From positions 32,001 to 96,000 of IMG/VR virus record IMGVR_UViG_2912765049_000001: DNA of 64,000 nt; one strand, written 5' to 3'. The notes beneath the pieces are model-generated. The model was not told the DNA's origin. It worked only from the letters and a program-made list of their open reading frames with translations, and did not search any database. Shown here piece after piece: positions 46,335 to 56,011 of this stretch (positions within the stretch are counted from its first letter, which is position 1; each line of letters begins with the position of its first letter). This stretch comes from a virus. Lineage: Duplodnaviria; Caudoviricetes. A program made the position numbers and the translations under genes.

Positions 46335-47270
46335 ATGGTCCAGACCGTCGGCAGTGTGCCGTGCGAGCGTTTCGATGATCTGGTGGACCAGTCAGTGAAG
46401 CTGGTCCGAGTGATGACGGGCTGCCAATTCGCACTCGGAGACTTCGCGCTGGAGATCGCGCCGCTGCGTACGCACGGCGGGAACATGGCGCTGGGGGAGG
46501 GCGAGGAGCAGGGGGTGGAGGACTCCTTACGCCTCTTCGCCGAGGAGATAGGACTGTCCTTCCACACGGTGCGGACGTATCGGTGGGTGGCCGCGCGGTG
46601 GCCGAAGAATCAGCGCCAGGAGGGCGTCTCCTTCGAGGTGCACCGGATCTTGGCGTCGGCGCCGGACGCGTACGAGTTGATCCAGCATCCTCCAGTCAAT
46701 GAACGGACGGGCCACTCCGAGTGGAGCGGGGACGCGGCGAAGCGAGCGGCGGGATGGGCGACCGCGACACCGGTGACGGCGGCGGAGAAGGTCGAGGCCA
46801 TCCGGGACCTTGCGCAGGACGAGGCGGTGGCTGCCCAGGCGGCATGTGACCTGCTGCACCGGCCTGAGGTGGCCTTCAAGGCGATGCGGGACCGGCAGGC
46901 CCGTGAGCTGGTCAATCAGGCCCAGTTCGATCAGGCCGAACTCGTCGAGGAAGGAGACGAGGAGGAGGCATGGTGGGACGAGAACGACGCTGGGGAGGAG
47001 GACGGCGTTGTTGATCCCGTCGCGATCGTGCGGGGTTTCCACCGGGCTATGGAGTTCACCGACTTGATCGGTGTCTGTCAGGGCTTCGTCGCCGGGGCGA
47101 GCCGGCTGGTTCCCCGACTGCGGGGACGGGAGTTCTCCGAATCCCAACTCGCGCTGGTCGCACGGCATTTAGAGAAGATCCGGGCGACGGCGGACTGGAT
47201 CGAGACGGCGGTGTCCACCGGGAAGGTGGACCTGGATGAGGCCCTGGCCGAGCTGCTGAGGGACAGGTAG
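46335..47270 (+). CDS. DUF6192-family (RacO-like) transposon accessory protein
   Basis: QFALGDFALEIAP, YRWVAARWP; TTA at 46527 and 47169. Confidence 0.75.
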   Translation: MVQTVGSVPCERFDDLVDQSVKLVRVMTGCQFALGDFALEIAPLRTHGGNMALGEGEEQGVEDSLRLFAEEIGLSFHTVRTYRWVAARWPKNQRQEGVSFEVHRILASAPDAYELIQHPPVNERTGHSEWSGDAAKRAAGWATATPVTAAEKVEAIRDLAQDEAVAAQAACDLLHRPEVAFKAMRDRQARELVNQAQFDQAELVEEGDEEEAWWDENDAGEEDGVVDPVAIVRGFHRAMEFTDLIGVCQGFVAGASRLVPRLRGREFSESQLALVARHLEKIRATADWIETAVSTGKVDLDEALAELLRDR

Positions 47271-47272
47271 CC

Positions 47273-47689
47273 ATGAAACGGCGGGCGGGACTGCCCGCTC
47301 ATGTTCACGGCGAAGCCGTACGCAAAGCCCTGCAAGAGGCACGTCCTGCCGGGCTGCACCTGAAACAGCTGGTCAAAGCTACCAAGTGCACCCCCGCCCA
47401 GGTCTGGACGGGCATCCGGTTCCTGCGGAAGATCGCGGTCAAGGAAGGACTGCCGCCGGTGACCTTCAACCGCCGGGACGGGTTCCAGCTGTCCGAGGAG
47501 CCCGAGGTGTGGATCGCTTACGAACGCGCGATCTTCGGGGCCGAGCTGCATCGCATCACGAATTTCATCACCGGGATCGTCGCCCCGCACGCCAAGCGCA
47601 CCCCCGAGGACGAGTGGGCCCGCCTGGTCCTGGAACAGCTCGGCGGGGTCAAGGCCACCCTGGAAGTCCTCACCCGCATGGAACGCTGA
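47273..47689 (+). CDS. RacP-like transposon accessory protein (wHTH-like)
   Basis: ALQEARPAGL...QVWTGIRFLR; between DUF6192 gene and transposase. Confidence 0.65.
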   Translation: MKRRAGLPAHVHGEAVRKALQEARPAGLHLKQLVKATKCTPAQVWTGIRFLRKIAVKEGLPPVTFNRRDGFQLSEEPEVWIAYERAIFGAELHRITNFITGIVAPHAKRTPEDEWARLVLEQLGGVKATLEVLTRMER

Positions 47690-47690
47690 G

Positions 47691-48653
47691 ATGACCTGCC
47701 CGAACGAGACCCGACCGCCAGCCGTGCGCGAGCGGCGCTACCCCAGCGACACTACGGACGCCGAATGGGCCGTCCTCGAACCGCTGCTGCCCGTCCCGGC
47801 CTGCCGGCTTCCCGCGGGCGGGCGCCCGGAGAAGCATTCGCGCCGCAACGTGGTCGATGCCATACGGTATGTGAACGACAATGGGTGCAAGTGGAGGGCC
47901 GTTCCCGTCGACTTCGGGATCCCCTGGCGCACGGTCTACGGGTTTTTCCAGCGATGGCGGGCGAGCGGAGACCTGGCCCGCATCCACGCCGAACTGCACC
48001 AGAAAGTCCGCGTTCACGACGGCCTCAATCCCCACACCGTCGCGGTGATCCTGGACTCCCAGTCCGTCAAGGGCGCCGAGACGGTGAGCCAGGACACCCG
48101 CGGCTTCGACGGCGGAAAGCTCATCAATGGCAGGAAGCGGCACCTGGCCGTAGACATGCGCGGCATGGCGCTCGCCGTCATGGTCACCCCTGCCGCCCCG
48201 CACGACAGTATCCCCGCCCGCGACCAGCTCTTCCGCCTGCGCCTGACCCATCCCGAACTCGCCGTCGCCTGGGCGGACTCCGCCTACGGCGGAACCCTCA
48301 TCGACTGGTCTCACTCCTTCCTCGGCATCACCCTCAAGACGGTGCCCCGCCGCAAAGACCAGGACGGCTTCGCCGTCCTCGCGAAGAGGTGGCGCGTCGA
48401 GCGGGCCATCTCGTGGATCATGAGAGCCAGGAGAAACGTCCGCGACTACGAGCGGCTCATCTCCCACAGCGAGGCCCACATCACCTGGACCTTCATCACC
48501 CTCATGGTCCGCCGCCTCACCCACCCTCCCCGGCCACCCCGCACGTCACCACACCCCGTCGAACCGGTCGAGACGAGCGCCGACAAGCCCAAGCCCATAC
48601 GCCTGCGGAAGCCGTCGAACACCATCCGCCTCGCCCCAGCTGCTCTGAGCTGA
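47691..48653 (+). CDS. IS5-family DDE transposase
   Basis: YPSDTTDAEW, LDSQSVK, GRKRHLAVD, WADSAY, RWRVERAISW. Confidence 0.95.
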   Translation: MTCPNETRPPAVRERRYPSDTTDAEWAVLEPLLPVPACRLPAGGRPEKHSRRNVVDAIRYVNDNGCKWRAVPVDFGIPWRTVYGFFQRWRASGDLARIHAELHQKVRVHDGLNPHTVAVILDSQSVKGAETVSQDTRGFDGGKLINGRKRHLAVDMRGMALAVMVTPAAPHDSIPARDQLFRLRLTHPELAVAWADSAYGGTLIDWSHSFLGITLKTVPRRKDQDGFAVLAKRWRVERAISWIMRARRNVRDYERLISHSEAHITWTFITLMVRRLTHPPRPPRTSPHPVEPVETSADKPKPIRLRKPSNTIRLAPAALS

Positions 48654-48965
48654 CACATCTTGCGGCCGGTGTCACTCCGAGATCCGGGTGGCTAGCAGAT
48701 CTGTCTTCATCGGTGCCACTCGGGGCAATTCCGTGTGCGCGCAAACCCACTGCCAACGGGTCGCCGTTGCGGAGGACCGGTACCCGAGGGGACAATGCGT
48801 GGAGGTGCCGGGTGGTCATCCCGGCGAAGTGTTGGAGGCGCTGCTTGTGAACACCGCATCGCGGTGCGCCTCGCTGTGCGCGCCAGACGCTGACCACTTC
48901 GCTTCGCCCACCGGCTGACCTGCTTCGTTCGCGGTGGGCGCTTCCTCTTATGGGAGACCACCGTA

Positions 48966-50267
48966 GTGCCCGAAGACTTCTTGACGGGTGATCGCCGTCC
49001 TCTGACAACGGTTCTTGGCGCCAACTTCGTTTCGATCACTGGGAATTGCCTCACGTACATGGGCGTGCCGTGGTTTGTGCTGCAGAGCACGGACAGTGCC
49101 GCCAAGGTGGGGATCGTCGCGTTCTGCACACTGCTGCCCGTAGTGCTTGCTGCGCTCGTCGGTGGTCCGGTCATCGACCGGATCGGGCGACGGCGGGTGA
49201 GTGTCGCCTCGGATCTCGCCTGCGGGGTTGCCGTTGCGGCGATCCCGCTGCTGCAGTTCGCCGGCATCCTGCATTTCTGGATGCTGTGCGTGCTGATGGC
49301 GATGACCGGGCTGTTCCGTTCGCCGGGTGAGACTGCCCGCGGAGTGCTGTTGCCCACGCTCGCCGAACGCGCCGCAATGCCGCTGACCAGGGCCGCCGGG
49401 TTGTACGACGGTGCGGCACGCTGTGCGGCGCTGACTGGATCCGCTCTCGGAGGTGTGCTGATCGCCGTACTCGGTGCCGAGAATGTCCTGTTGGTGGATG
49501 CCGCGACCTTCGCTGTGGCCGCGCCGCTGTTCGCGTTCGGGGTGCGCGGTCTGCCTGAGGCGCAGGCCCGACGGCGGGTCGAGCCCGCGTCGTTGCGTGC
49601 CTACCGTCGTGAACTCGCGGAAGGGTATCGCTTCGTGGCGGCCACGCCGTTGCTGTTGGGCCTGTGCCTGATGACGCTGGTCACCCGGGGGCTCGATCAG
49701 GGATGGAGCGCCGTGCTCCTCCCGGTGCATGCCCGTGAGAAGCTTGATGGTTCCATCGATCTCGGTCTGCTGAACGCGGCGTTTGGTATCTGCGCACTCA
49801 CGGGGGCGCTGGTCTACGGTGCGGTGGGCAGCCGGTTTCGGCGGTGGCCGGTGTTCACGGTTGCGTTTCTCATCGTAGGCCTGCCGCGCTTCGTGGTGGC
49901 CGCCTTCACCGACACCTTCGGGCCACTGGCCGTGATCATGGCGGTTGAGGGCCTCGCTTGCGGTGTGCTCAACCCCATCATGGCCACCGTGACGTATGAG
50001 ACGGTGCCGGAGGCACTGCGCAGCCGGGTGCTGAGTGCGACGACAGCCTCGGTCCAGCTGGTCACTCCGCTGGGCGGACTGGCTGCGGGCTTCCTCGTGG
50101 ACTCGGTCGGCCTGCCCTCCACGCTGCTGACGATCGGGGGTGTGTACCTGCTCGCCACGCTGTGCCCGGTGATCTTCCCGGCCTGGAGACAAATGGACAG
50201 TACCGGCTCTCCCCACGACAGGGCGGAGGGCTCGCTGCCGCAGAGTTCGGGGTCGAAGCGGGTGTAG
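48966..50267 (+). CDS. MFS efflux transporter (transposon cargo)
   Basis: About 12 TM segments, GPVIDRIGRR motif A; codon usage differs from backbone. Confidence 0.9.
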   Translation: MPEDFLTGDRRPLTTVLGANFVSITGNCLTYMGVPWFVLQSTDSAAKVGIVAFCTLLPVVLAALVGGPVIDRIGRRRVSVASDLACGVAVAAIPLLQFAGILHFWMLCVLMAMTGLFRSPGETARGVLLPTLAERAAMPLTRAAGLYDGAARCAALTGSALGGVLIAVLGAENVLLVDAATFAVAAPLFAFGVRGLPEAQARRRVEPASLRAYRRELAEGYRFVAATPLLLGLCLMTLVTRGLDQGWSAVLLPVHAREKLDGSIDLGLLNAAFGICALTGALVYGAVGSRFRRWPVFTVAFLIVGLPRFVVAAFTDTFGPLAVIMAVEGLACGVLNPIMATVTYETVPEALRSRVLSATTASVQLVTPLGGLAAGFLVDSVGLPSTLLTIGGVYLLATLCPVIFPAWRQMDSTGSPHDRAEGSLPQSSGSKRV

Positions 50268-50438
50268 TCACGCTGATGGCCGTTTCGGCGCTGCTCACAA
50301 ACACTTGACGTCGGTGCTCCCCGTCGCGTGATCAGGCGGGGGGCCTTGTCCTCTTCGGTGAGCCGCAGGCGCCAGACCAGGTCCTATATCAGGCGCCAGT
50401 CACGGAACGTGACAGATCTCCGGTTCTGAAACAGCTTC

Positions 50439-50772
50439 TGAACACGAAGTGGGTGTCCGCGGTCGGCAGGCTGAGCTGCTTCTCCAGGACCGGCGTCCAG
50501 GGGTCGACTCCCATGCCGACCTTGGCGGCCATGGCGGTGCCGTCCTGCGAGGCCCGGGCCGTGAACGAGAGGGTGTAGCGGCAGCCCGCCCGCAGGGGGA
50601 TGCCGTCCTGGCCAAACACGGCGTCCCACAGGTTCGCGGCGTCCGTGCTCGCGGTGGCCTCGAGGCCGGCCGTTCCGGCGGTGATGGTGACCATGGCGGC
50701 GTTGCCCGACCACCAGCCGGTCGTGCCGTTGGTGAACGACCCGTTGGTGATGAGGTCTCCGTACGCGGGCAC
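50439..50772 (-). pseudogene. CBM4-GH6 cellulase, 5' part (CBM4/9)
   Basis: LITNGSF...GWW...WDA...YTLSFTARAS; GGAGG RBS; no signal peptide. Confidence 0.85.
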
Positions 50773-50788
50773 AGGGAAGCCCCTCCTT

Positions 50789-53071
50789 TTACTTGGTGTA
50801 GGTGACGCGCAGTTTCGGCGGGTACGTCTGCCCGTACCCGCGGGCCCTCCCGTAGAAGGTCTTGTCGGTGGTGTTGGGGTCCAGCGCGATGCCCCGCCAC
50901 GTGGTGGAGTCGAACACTGCGGTGATGTCGACCCACTTGCCCTGGTTGCGTTTCCAGGCGATGGTCTGCGCCTCGGTGTCGCAGGAGAACTTCGCCGGCC
51001 GGGAGGCGTGTTTGTGGGCGCGGATGACGGCCTTGCCGCCGTCCGCGTAGTACCAGTGGTCGAAGTACAAATAGATCTCGGCTTTGTTGATCTTCGCGCC
51101 GGACAGGTCGGTGGCCAGGGCCGCGGGGAAGCCGATCAAACTGGCCTGCACGCCGTTGTTGGCGGAGTAGTAGCCCTGCAGGCAGGAGTTGCCGTAGTAG
51201 GCGTTGTAGCCGGAGCGGCTCGCGTACGACCCGGACCAGGAGGCCGCGTAGGTCTTGGTGTACGTCTGCACCGGTTCGGCGCCGGTGCCGCCGCCGGTGT
51301 TGTACACGCCGGTCAGCGGGATCTCCGGGCCGATGTCCTCGACGTAGAAGACGTTGGTGCGGCCGGTGGTGCCCAGGCCGAGTTCGAGGGTCTGCCCACT
51401 GGTGCCGCCGGAGTTCTGGAACGAGAGCAGCAGGCGGTGCAGGCCGGGACCCAGGGTGGTGGCGCTCGTGACGTGTTCCAGGTCGACTCGCTGGAAGCGG
51501 CCGGTGTGCGACGGCGTGAGGATCTCGGTTTCCCGCAGGGTCGAGGTGAGCGTGGGCTTCGCGGTGCCCCCGTCACGCAGGTAGAGGTGGATCTCGCCAT
51601 CGGTGGCGTTGTCGAGGTCGGCGGTGGCCCGGAAGACGATCCGGTACAGGCGGCCTGCCTCGGCGGTGAAGGGCAGCTCCAGATAGCCCATCTCGCTGCC
51701 CGTTGTGGTGACGGTGGTGCCCGGGGCGGCGCGCGCGATGATTCCCTTGGGCCCGGCCCCGAACAGGTCGCTGACGGGCTCCCCGCCCACGGTCAGCTCC
51801 CCGGCGACGTTGACGTCGTTGAAGCCGGCGGATCCGTCGGTGTCGATCGTCGCCACCGGCTCGCCGTTGTTGCGCAGGGTCAGGTACTGGGGTGCCCCGG
51901 TGACCAGGGACACCGCCTCCTCGCCGGTCTCGTCGAACAGGCGCACCCCCTGGGGGCCGATCTCCGCGCGGGCGCCGCCGGTGACCCGACCGAAGATCGT
52001 GTGGACTTCGGAGTTGTCGAACACGACCCAGCCGGCCGTGGCGGCGGAGGACTCCAGGCACAGCACGGCCTGGGTGGTGCCCTGCGGGGCGGCGACCTGG
52101 CCGGTGATGCGCTGCCACATGCCGGGGATGGGGGTGGTCTTCTCCACCACGCCGTAGCCGAGGACCGTGCCGACGGCGTTCTCCCACCGGGCGAGGATCT
52201 TCACGCCGCTCGCGTTGAGGTCGTCGGAGGTGAGGATGTCGACGGCCATGTAGAGCTGGACGCCGGCGAGGATGGGCACCCGGGCCAGCGGCAGGGTGAA
52301 GTAGGTGGGGGTGTCGGCCAGACAGTCTGCGCGGACGCCGATGCCGGTGCGGTTGCCGGGGGCCAGCGACCACGGGGCGCCGGCCGCGGCGATCGCGGCC
52401 GCGGTGGCCGCGCCCTCGAAGCCGGGGTCGGGCATCAGGTTGGTGCCCTGCCCGACGGCGATCTGGTCGGGGGTGACCGAACCGACCGCCAGGTGCGGTG
52501 TGATGATGGCGCCGACCGCGATGTGGCCCTGCTGGATGACGCCGGTGCCGACGTCCGTGGAGGCCGCGCGGCGCGCGGCGGTCTGCACGGCCGCGGAGGG
52601 CAGGCTGGGGGTACCGGAGGTGTTGACCGCGACCAGGCGCACCCAGATCGGGTCGTAGTAGTTGGTGGCGATGGTCACCGACGCGCCGGACGCGGCCTCG
52701 ATCGTGGCCGCCGGCCACATCACGTCCGGCTCGGCGTCCGCCGAGGTCATCAGGTGCACCTGGACGCGGGAGAGGTCCAGCGGGGCGGCATCCGCGTCGG
52801 TGAACGCGCCGTCCCAGGTGATGCGGACGCCGTTGAGGGCGGGTTCGGTCTGCGGGGCGGACGGGACGGGCGGGCGGGGGCCGTTGACCGCGACCACGCC
52901 GGAAGTGCCGTCGCCCTGCTGGCCGATGACGGCCCGCAGCGAGCCGCCGACGTCGTAGACCTCCAGGGCGGTGTCTTCCAGGGAGGCGTGGCTGAGGCGG
53001 CTGGCGCGCTGGAGGCCGGTGATCTGCCGTTCGATGCGGGCGAGGCGGGAGCCGATGTCGAGGCTGCTCAC
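50789..53071 (-). CDS. Minor tail / receptor-binding protein
   Basis: Position after hub gene; FN3-like and CBM-like (NLMPDPGFE) segments. Confidence 0.75.
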   Translation of the reverse strand: MSSLDIGSRLARIERQITGLQRASRLSHASLEDTALEVYDVGGSLRAVIGQQGDGTSGVVAVNGPRPPVPSAPQTEPALNGVRITWDGAFTDADAAPLDLSRVQVHLMTSADAEPDVMWPAATIEAASGASVTIATNYYDPIWVRLVAVNTSGTPSLPSAAVQTAARRAASTDVGTGVIQQGHIAVGAIITPHLAVGSVTPDQIAVGQGTNLMPDPGFEGAATAAAIAAAGAPWSLAPGNRTGIGVRADCLADTPTYFTLPLARVPILAGVQLYMAVDILTSDDLNASGVKILARWENAVGTVLGYGVVEKTTPIPGMWQRITGQVAAPQGTTQAVLCLESSAATAGWVVFDNSEVHTIFGRVTGGARAEIGPQGVRLFDETGEEAVSLVTGAPQYLTLRNNGEPVATIDTDGSAGFNDVNVAGELTVGGEPVSDLFGAGPKGIIARAAPGTTVTTTGSEMGYLELPFTAEAGRLYRIVFRATADLDNATDGEIHLYLRDGGTAKPTLTSTLRETEILTPSHTGRFQRVDLEHVTSATTLGPGLHRLLLSFQNSGGTSGQTLELGLGTTGRTNVFYVEDIGPEIPLTGVYNTGGGTGAEPVQTYTKTYAASWSGSYASRSGYNAYYGNSCLQGYYSANNGVQASLIGFPAALATDLSGAKINKAEIYLYFDHWYYADGGKAVIRAHKHASRPAKFSCDTEAQTIAWKRNQGKWVDITAVFDSTTWRGIALDPNTTDKTFYGRARGYGQTYPPKLRVTYTK

Positions 53072-54168
53072 GCGGCGGCCCCGTAGTGGAAGGAGTCGGC
53101 CCGGGCGAGGCTCACGGTGACGCTCTCGCCGTCGCTGCCGCCCGGGCGGACGCTCCAGCCCATGACCCGCATCCAGCCGGTGAAGGACACCCAGTCGTTG
53201 TGGACCCGGGTGTAGACGTCGTCGCCCACCTGGAAGGAGCCCAGCGGGGCGGCCGGGTGGTCGGGGCGGATGCGGATCTGTTCGATGGTGCCGCGGATCT
53301 GCCGGCGCTTGCGGTCGGCGGCGGCCCGCTTGGCGAGGATGTCGGTGCCCTTGACCTCCGGCAGGGCCAGCACGGTCTCCATGCGCAGCCGTCCGTCGCG
53401 GACGCTGTCGATGTGCCGGCGCTTGTTGCGGCCCTCGCCGGAGCCGGTGGCAATGACGGTGTTGGCGAACTCGTCGGCGGAGCGCGGGACGGGCGGGGCG
53501 TCGAGGACGTTGATGCCGGTGGAGAAGGACACGTCGGTGCGGCGCGTGCCCAGCCGCGGGTAGCCCAGGCGCAGCCTGCGCACGATGGCGCCGTTCGCGC
53601 CCCAGGCGGTGTCGCACGTGTAGTCCGGGGAGTCGTCGGCGGAGACCAGGTCGTCGACGGCGTCACCGAGGACCGGCTCTTCCCACCAGGAGAACTTCAG
53701 CGGCTCGGCGGTCGTGCCGACCTTGGCGGTGGAGGTGGTGGGGTCCACGACGACGCCCAGGTTGCCGTCCGGCAGGGACTGCGCGTACGCCCAGACGTCC
53801 CGGATCACCTTGCAGGGGTCGGCGTTGACGTACGGGCCGCGGCCGTTGAGTTCGCCGTGGACGTCGTGGCGGCGCTGCAGGTACGACGACCAGCCGGCCG
53901 CCTCGAGGGAGAGGGTGCGGTCCTCGGGGGTGGCCTGCCACAGCAGTCCGCCCCAGCGCAGGTGCCCGTCGCGCTCGGCGTACAGCAGGACGTTGCCTTC
54001 GTCGGCGACGTCCGGCAGGGAGCGGGCGAAGCGCGGGGCGAGTTTGCCGGTCAGGGCGCCGGGCCCGTTGAGTTCGGGGCCGAACTCGACGTCGGTGAGG
54101 GGCACGTCCGGGCTGATGATCTCGCCGGTGAGGGCGTGCTGGGCGAGGTAGCGGTAGGCGGACGCCAT
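53068..54168 (-). CDS. Minor tail (baseplate hub-like) protein
   Basis: ELNGPGALTG, LRWGG, ANTVIATGSGEG, FQVGD. Confidence 0.8.
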   Translation of the reverse strand: MASAYRYLAQHALTGEIISPDVPLTDVEFGPELNGPGALTGKLAPRFARSLPDVADEGNVLLYAERDGHLRWGGLLWQATPEDRTLSLEAAGWSSYLQRRHDVHGELNGRGPYVNADPCKVIRDVWAYAQSLPDGNLGVVVDPTTSTAKVGTTAEPLKFSWWEEPVLGDAVDDLVSADDSPDYTCDTAWGANGAIVRRLRLGYPRLGTRRTDVSFSTGINVLDAPPVPRSADEFANTVIATGSGEGRNKRRHIDSVRDGRLRMETVLALPEVKGTDILAKRAAADRKRRQIRGTIEQIRIRPDHPAAPLGSFQVGDDVYTRVHNDWVSFTGWMRVMGWSVRPGGSDGESVTVSLARADSFHYGAAA

Positions 54169-55100
54169 CAGATGATCCCCTCGCTGAACTCGACGTCCGC
54201 GAAGATCGACGTGCCCGCGTCGACGCTGAGGTCGCCGGTCGGGGACTTGTACATGTAGGTCTCGACGTATAGGCGCTGGGTGGTGCCGCGGGCTGCCGCG
54301 GAGAGGGTGATGGTGTCGCCGAGGACGATGGTGTTGCGGCGGGTGTTGTTGGCCTGGTCGTCGTCGATGACGGTGGCCTGGCCGACGTCGGTGCCCAGGT
54401 ACTGGCGCATCTGCGCGAACACGTCGGCCTTGGTGTAGCGCAGCCCGGCGACGGTGAGCATGATCTTCGCGGTGGTGGCCCAGGAGGGTACGGCGACGTT
54501 CCAGGTCGCCGCGGCCGGCCAGACGTGCCACTTGGCGTCCGAGTACGCCAGGGTGCTGAGCGTCGTGGGGAAGCTCGGGTACAGGGAGCGCTCGCGGCGG
54601 GGGTTGGCGATGCGCCGCAGATCGGTGATCATCGCGGCGGTGACGGTGCCGGTGTTCGCCGGGAGACTCACTCGGGCCAGGGGGATCGCAGAGTACCCGG
54701 CCGGCACGGCGGTGGCGGTGCTGGAGACCCCGGAGATGACGTCGAAGAACACCGTGTCGTCGGTGGCCGGGTTGCGGTTGCCCTCGTACTCCGGGTCCAG
54801 GACGCGCAGGACGACCATGTCGGTGCGCGGGCTGGCGCCGGTCGGCGCGATCGGGACCTGCTCGGTGCCGATGTTGTACGCGGTGTAGTGGCCCTGCCAG
54901 GGCACCGCGCGCCCGCGGACGATGCCAGAGCCCTCCCCCACCAGGACGCCGCCGGCCGGGACGGTCAGCGGAGTGACCTTCAGGTCGTTGCCCTCGGTGA
55001 CGCCTTCGGCCCCGCGGGACAGGTCGCGGATCATCATGCGGAAGGTCTGGGCGGAGTGCTTCGCGCCGGTGGTGAGCAGCGGCGCCTGGGCCAGGGTCAT
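54168..55100 (-). CDS. Minor tail protein
   Basis: PRTDMVVLRV, IPLARV...ITDLR; position after Dit. Confidence 0.8.
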   Translation of the reverse strand: MTLAQAPLLTTGAKHSAQTFRMMIRDLSRGAEGVTEGNDLKVTPLTVPAGGVLVGEGSGIVRGRAVPWQGHYTAYNIGTEQVPIAPTGASPRTDMVVLRVLDPEYEGNRNPATDDTVFFDVISGVSSTATAVPAGYSAIPLARVSLPANTGTVTAAMITDLRRIANPRRERSLYPSFPTTLSTLAYSDAKWHVWPAAATWNVAVPSWATTAKIMLTVAGLRYTKADVFAQMRQYLGTDVGQATVIDDDQANNTRRNTIVLGDTITLSAAARGTTQRLYVETYMYKSPTGDLSVDAGTSIFADVEFSEGII

Positions 55101-55114
55101 ACGGGGTCGCTCCT

Positions 55115-56011
55115 CTACAGGGTGGGCCAGGCTGGCCGCCACGTGGCGGTCAGGCGGGCGGAGTTGGTGGGGTCGGTGGCGGTCCACCGCAGCTCGCTGA
55201 CGCCGGTGGGCAGCGTGAACGTGTCGATGCGGGAGGCGGCGGTCAGTGCCGTGGCGGCGTTGCCGCCGTTGCTGCGCAGCACGGAGCGCCAGGTGGGCCG
55301 GGTGTCGATCTCGATGAAGTCGCCCGGGTCGATGACGGTGTTGAGCTGCAGCACGCGGCCGGACTCGACGTGGGTAATGCGTGGGTTGGCGCACGGGCCG
55401 TAGATCCGCAGCACGGGCCAGGTCGGGGCCTTGCCGTCGACCTGGATCCAGCCGGGCCGGGTGGTGCCGTCCGGGCCTGGGTCGACGACGATGGGCGCGA
55501 CGACGGGCGCCGTGAACCCCCCGTCGGAGATCATGCCGAGCGGGATCGTGGCGTGCTGGGGGGTGTCGCTGTAGTAGAGGGGGTCGGCGGCGAGGAACTC
55601 GAGGTCGAGGGGCACCCAGCCGTTGACGAGCTGGGTCAGGTCCGGGTCGGCCTTGCGGAGCCGGCCGTTGAGGACACGGACGTCGCGGCCGGGGAACTTC
55701 AGCCGCAGTTCGGTGGTGGCGCCGCCGGTCAGGCGCAGCGCGGGGTCGTCGTGGACGTCCTGGATTGCGGCGAGGAGGTCGAGGGCGGCCACCTGGTCGC
55801 CGGGGGTTTTGATCGCGGCGTCGATGCGGACGGTGCGGCCGGTGTAGTAGTCCGCGCCGAGCCAGATGCCGTCCGCGCTGGGCGGGTCGACGTCGGCGGT
55901 GCGTACCTCGGCGCGGCCCAGGCCCTCGATGGCGGCAATGGGGACCGGGGTGCCGGTGCCGATGACGACGCCGCCCAGTTCGTGCTGGTGGTCCTTGAGG
56001 ATGGCGTTCAT
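55115..56011 (-). CDS. Distal tail (Dit-like) protein
   Basis: Directly after tape measure; FLAADPLYYS, PVLRIYGPCANPRI. Confidence 0.8.
   Translation of the reverse strand: MNAILKDHQHELGGVVIGTGTPVPIAAIEGLGRAEVRTADVDPPSADGIWLGADYYTGRTVRIDAAIKTPGDQVAALDLLAAIQDVHDDPALRLTGGATTELRLKFPGRDVRVLNGRLRKADPDLTQLVNGWVPLDLEFLAADPLYYSDTPQHATIPLGMISDGGFTAPVVAPIVVDPGPDGTTRPGWIQVDGKAPTWPVLRIYGPCANPRITHVESGRVLQLNTVIDPGDFIEIDTRPTWRSVLRSNGGNAATALTAASRIDTFTLPTGVSELRWTATDPTNSARLTATWRPAWPTL

Larger units (their letters stand above)
46095..50438 (+). mobile_element. 4344-bp IS5-family transposon with cargo; TGA target duplication
   Basis: Terminal IRs GAAGCTGTTTCAGAACCGGAGATC (24 bp perfect, about 40 bp imperfect); TGA at 46092-46094 and 50439-50441; excision restores FVF-SFT reading frame. 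Confidence 0.95.
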
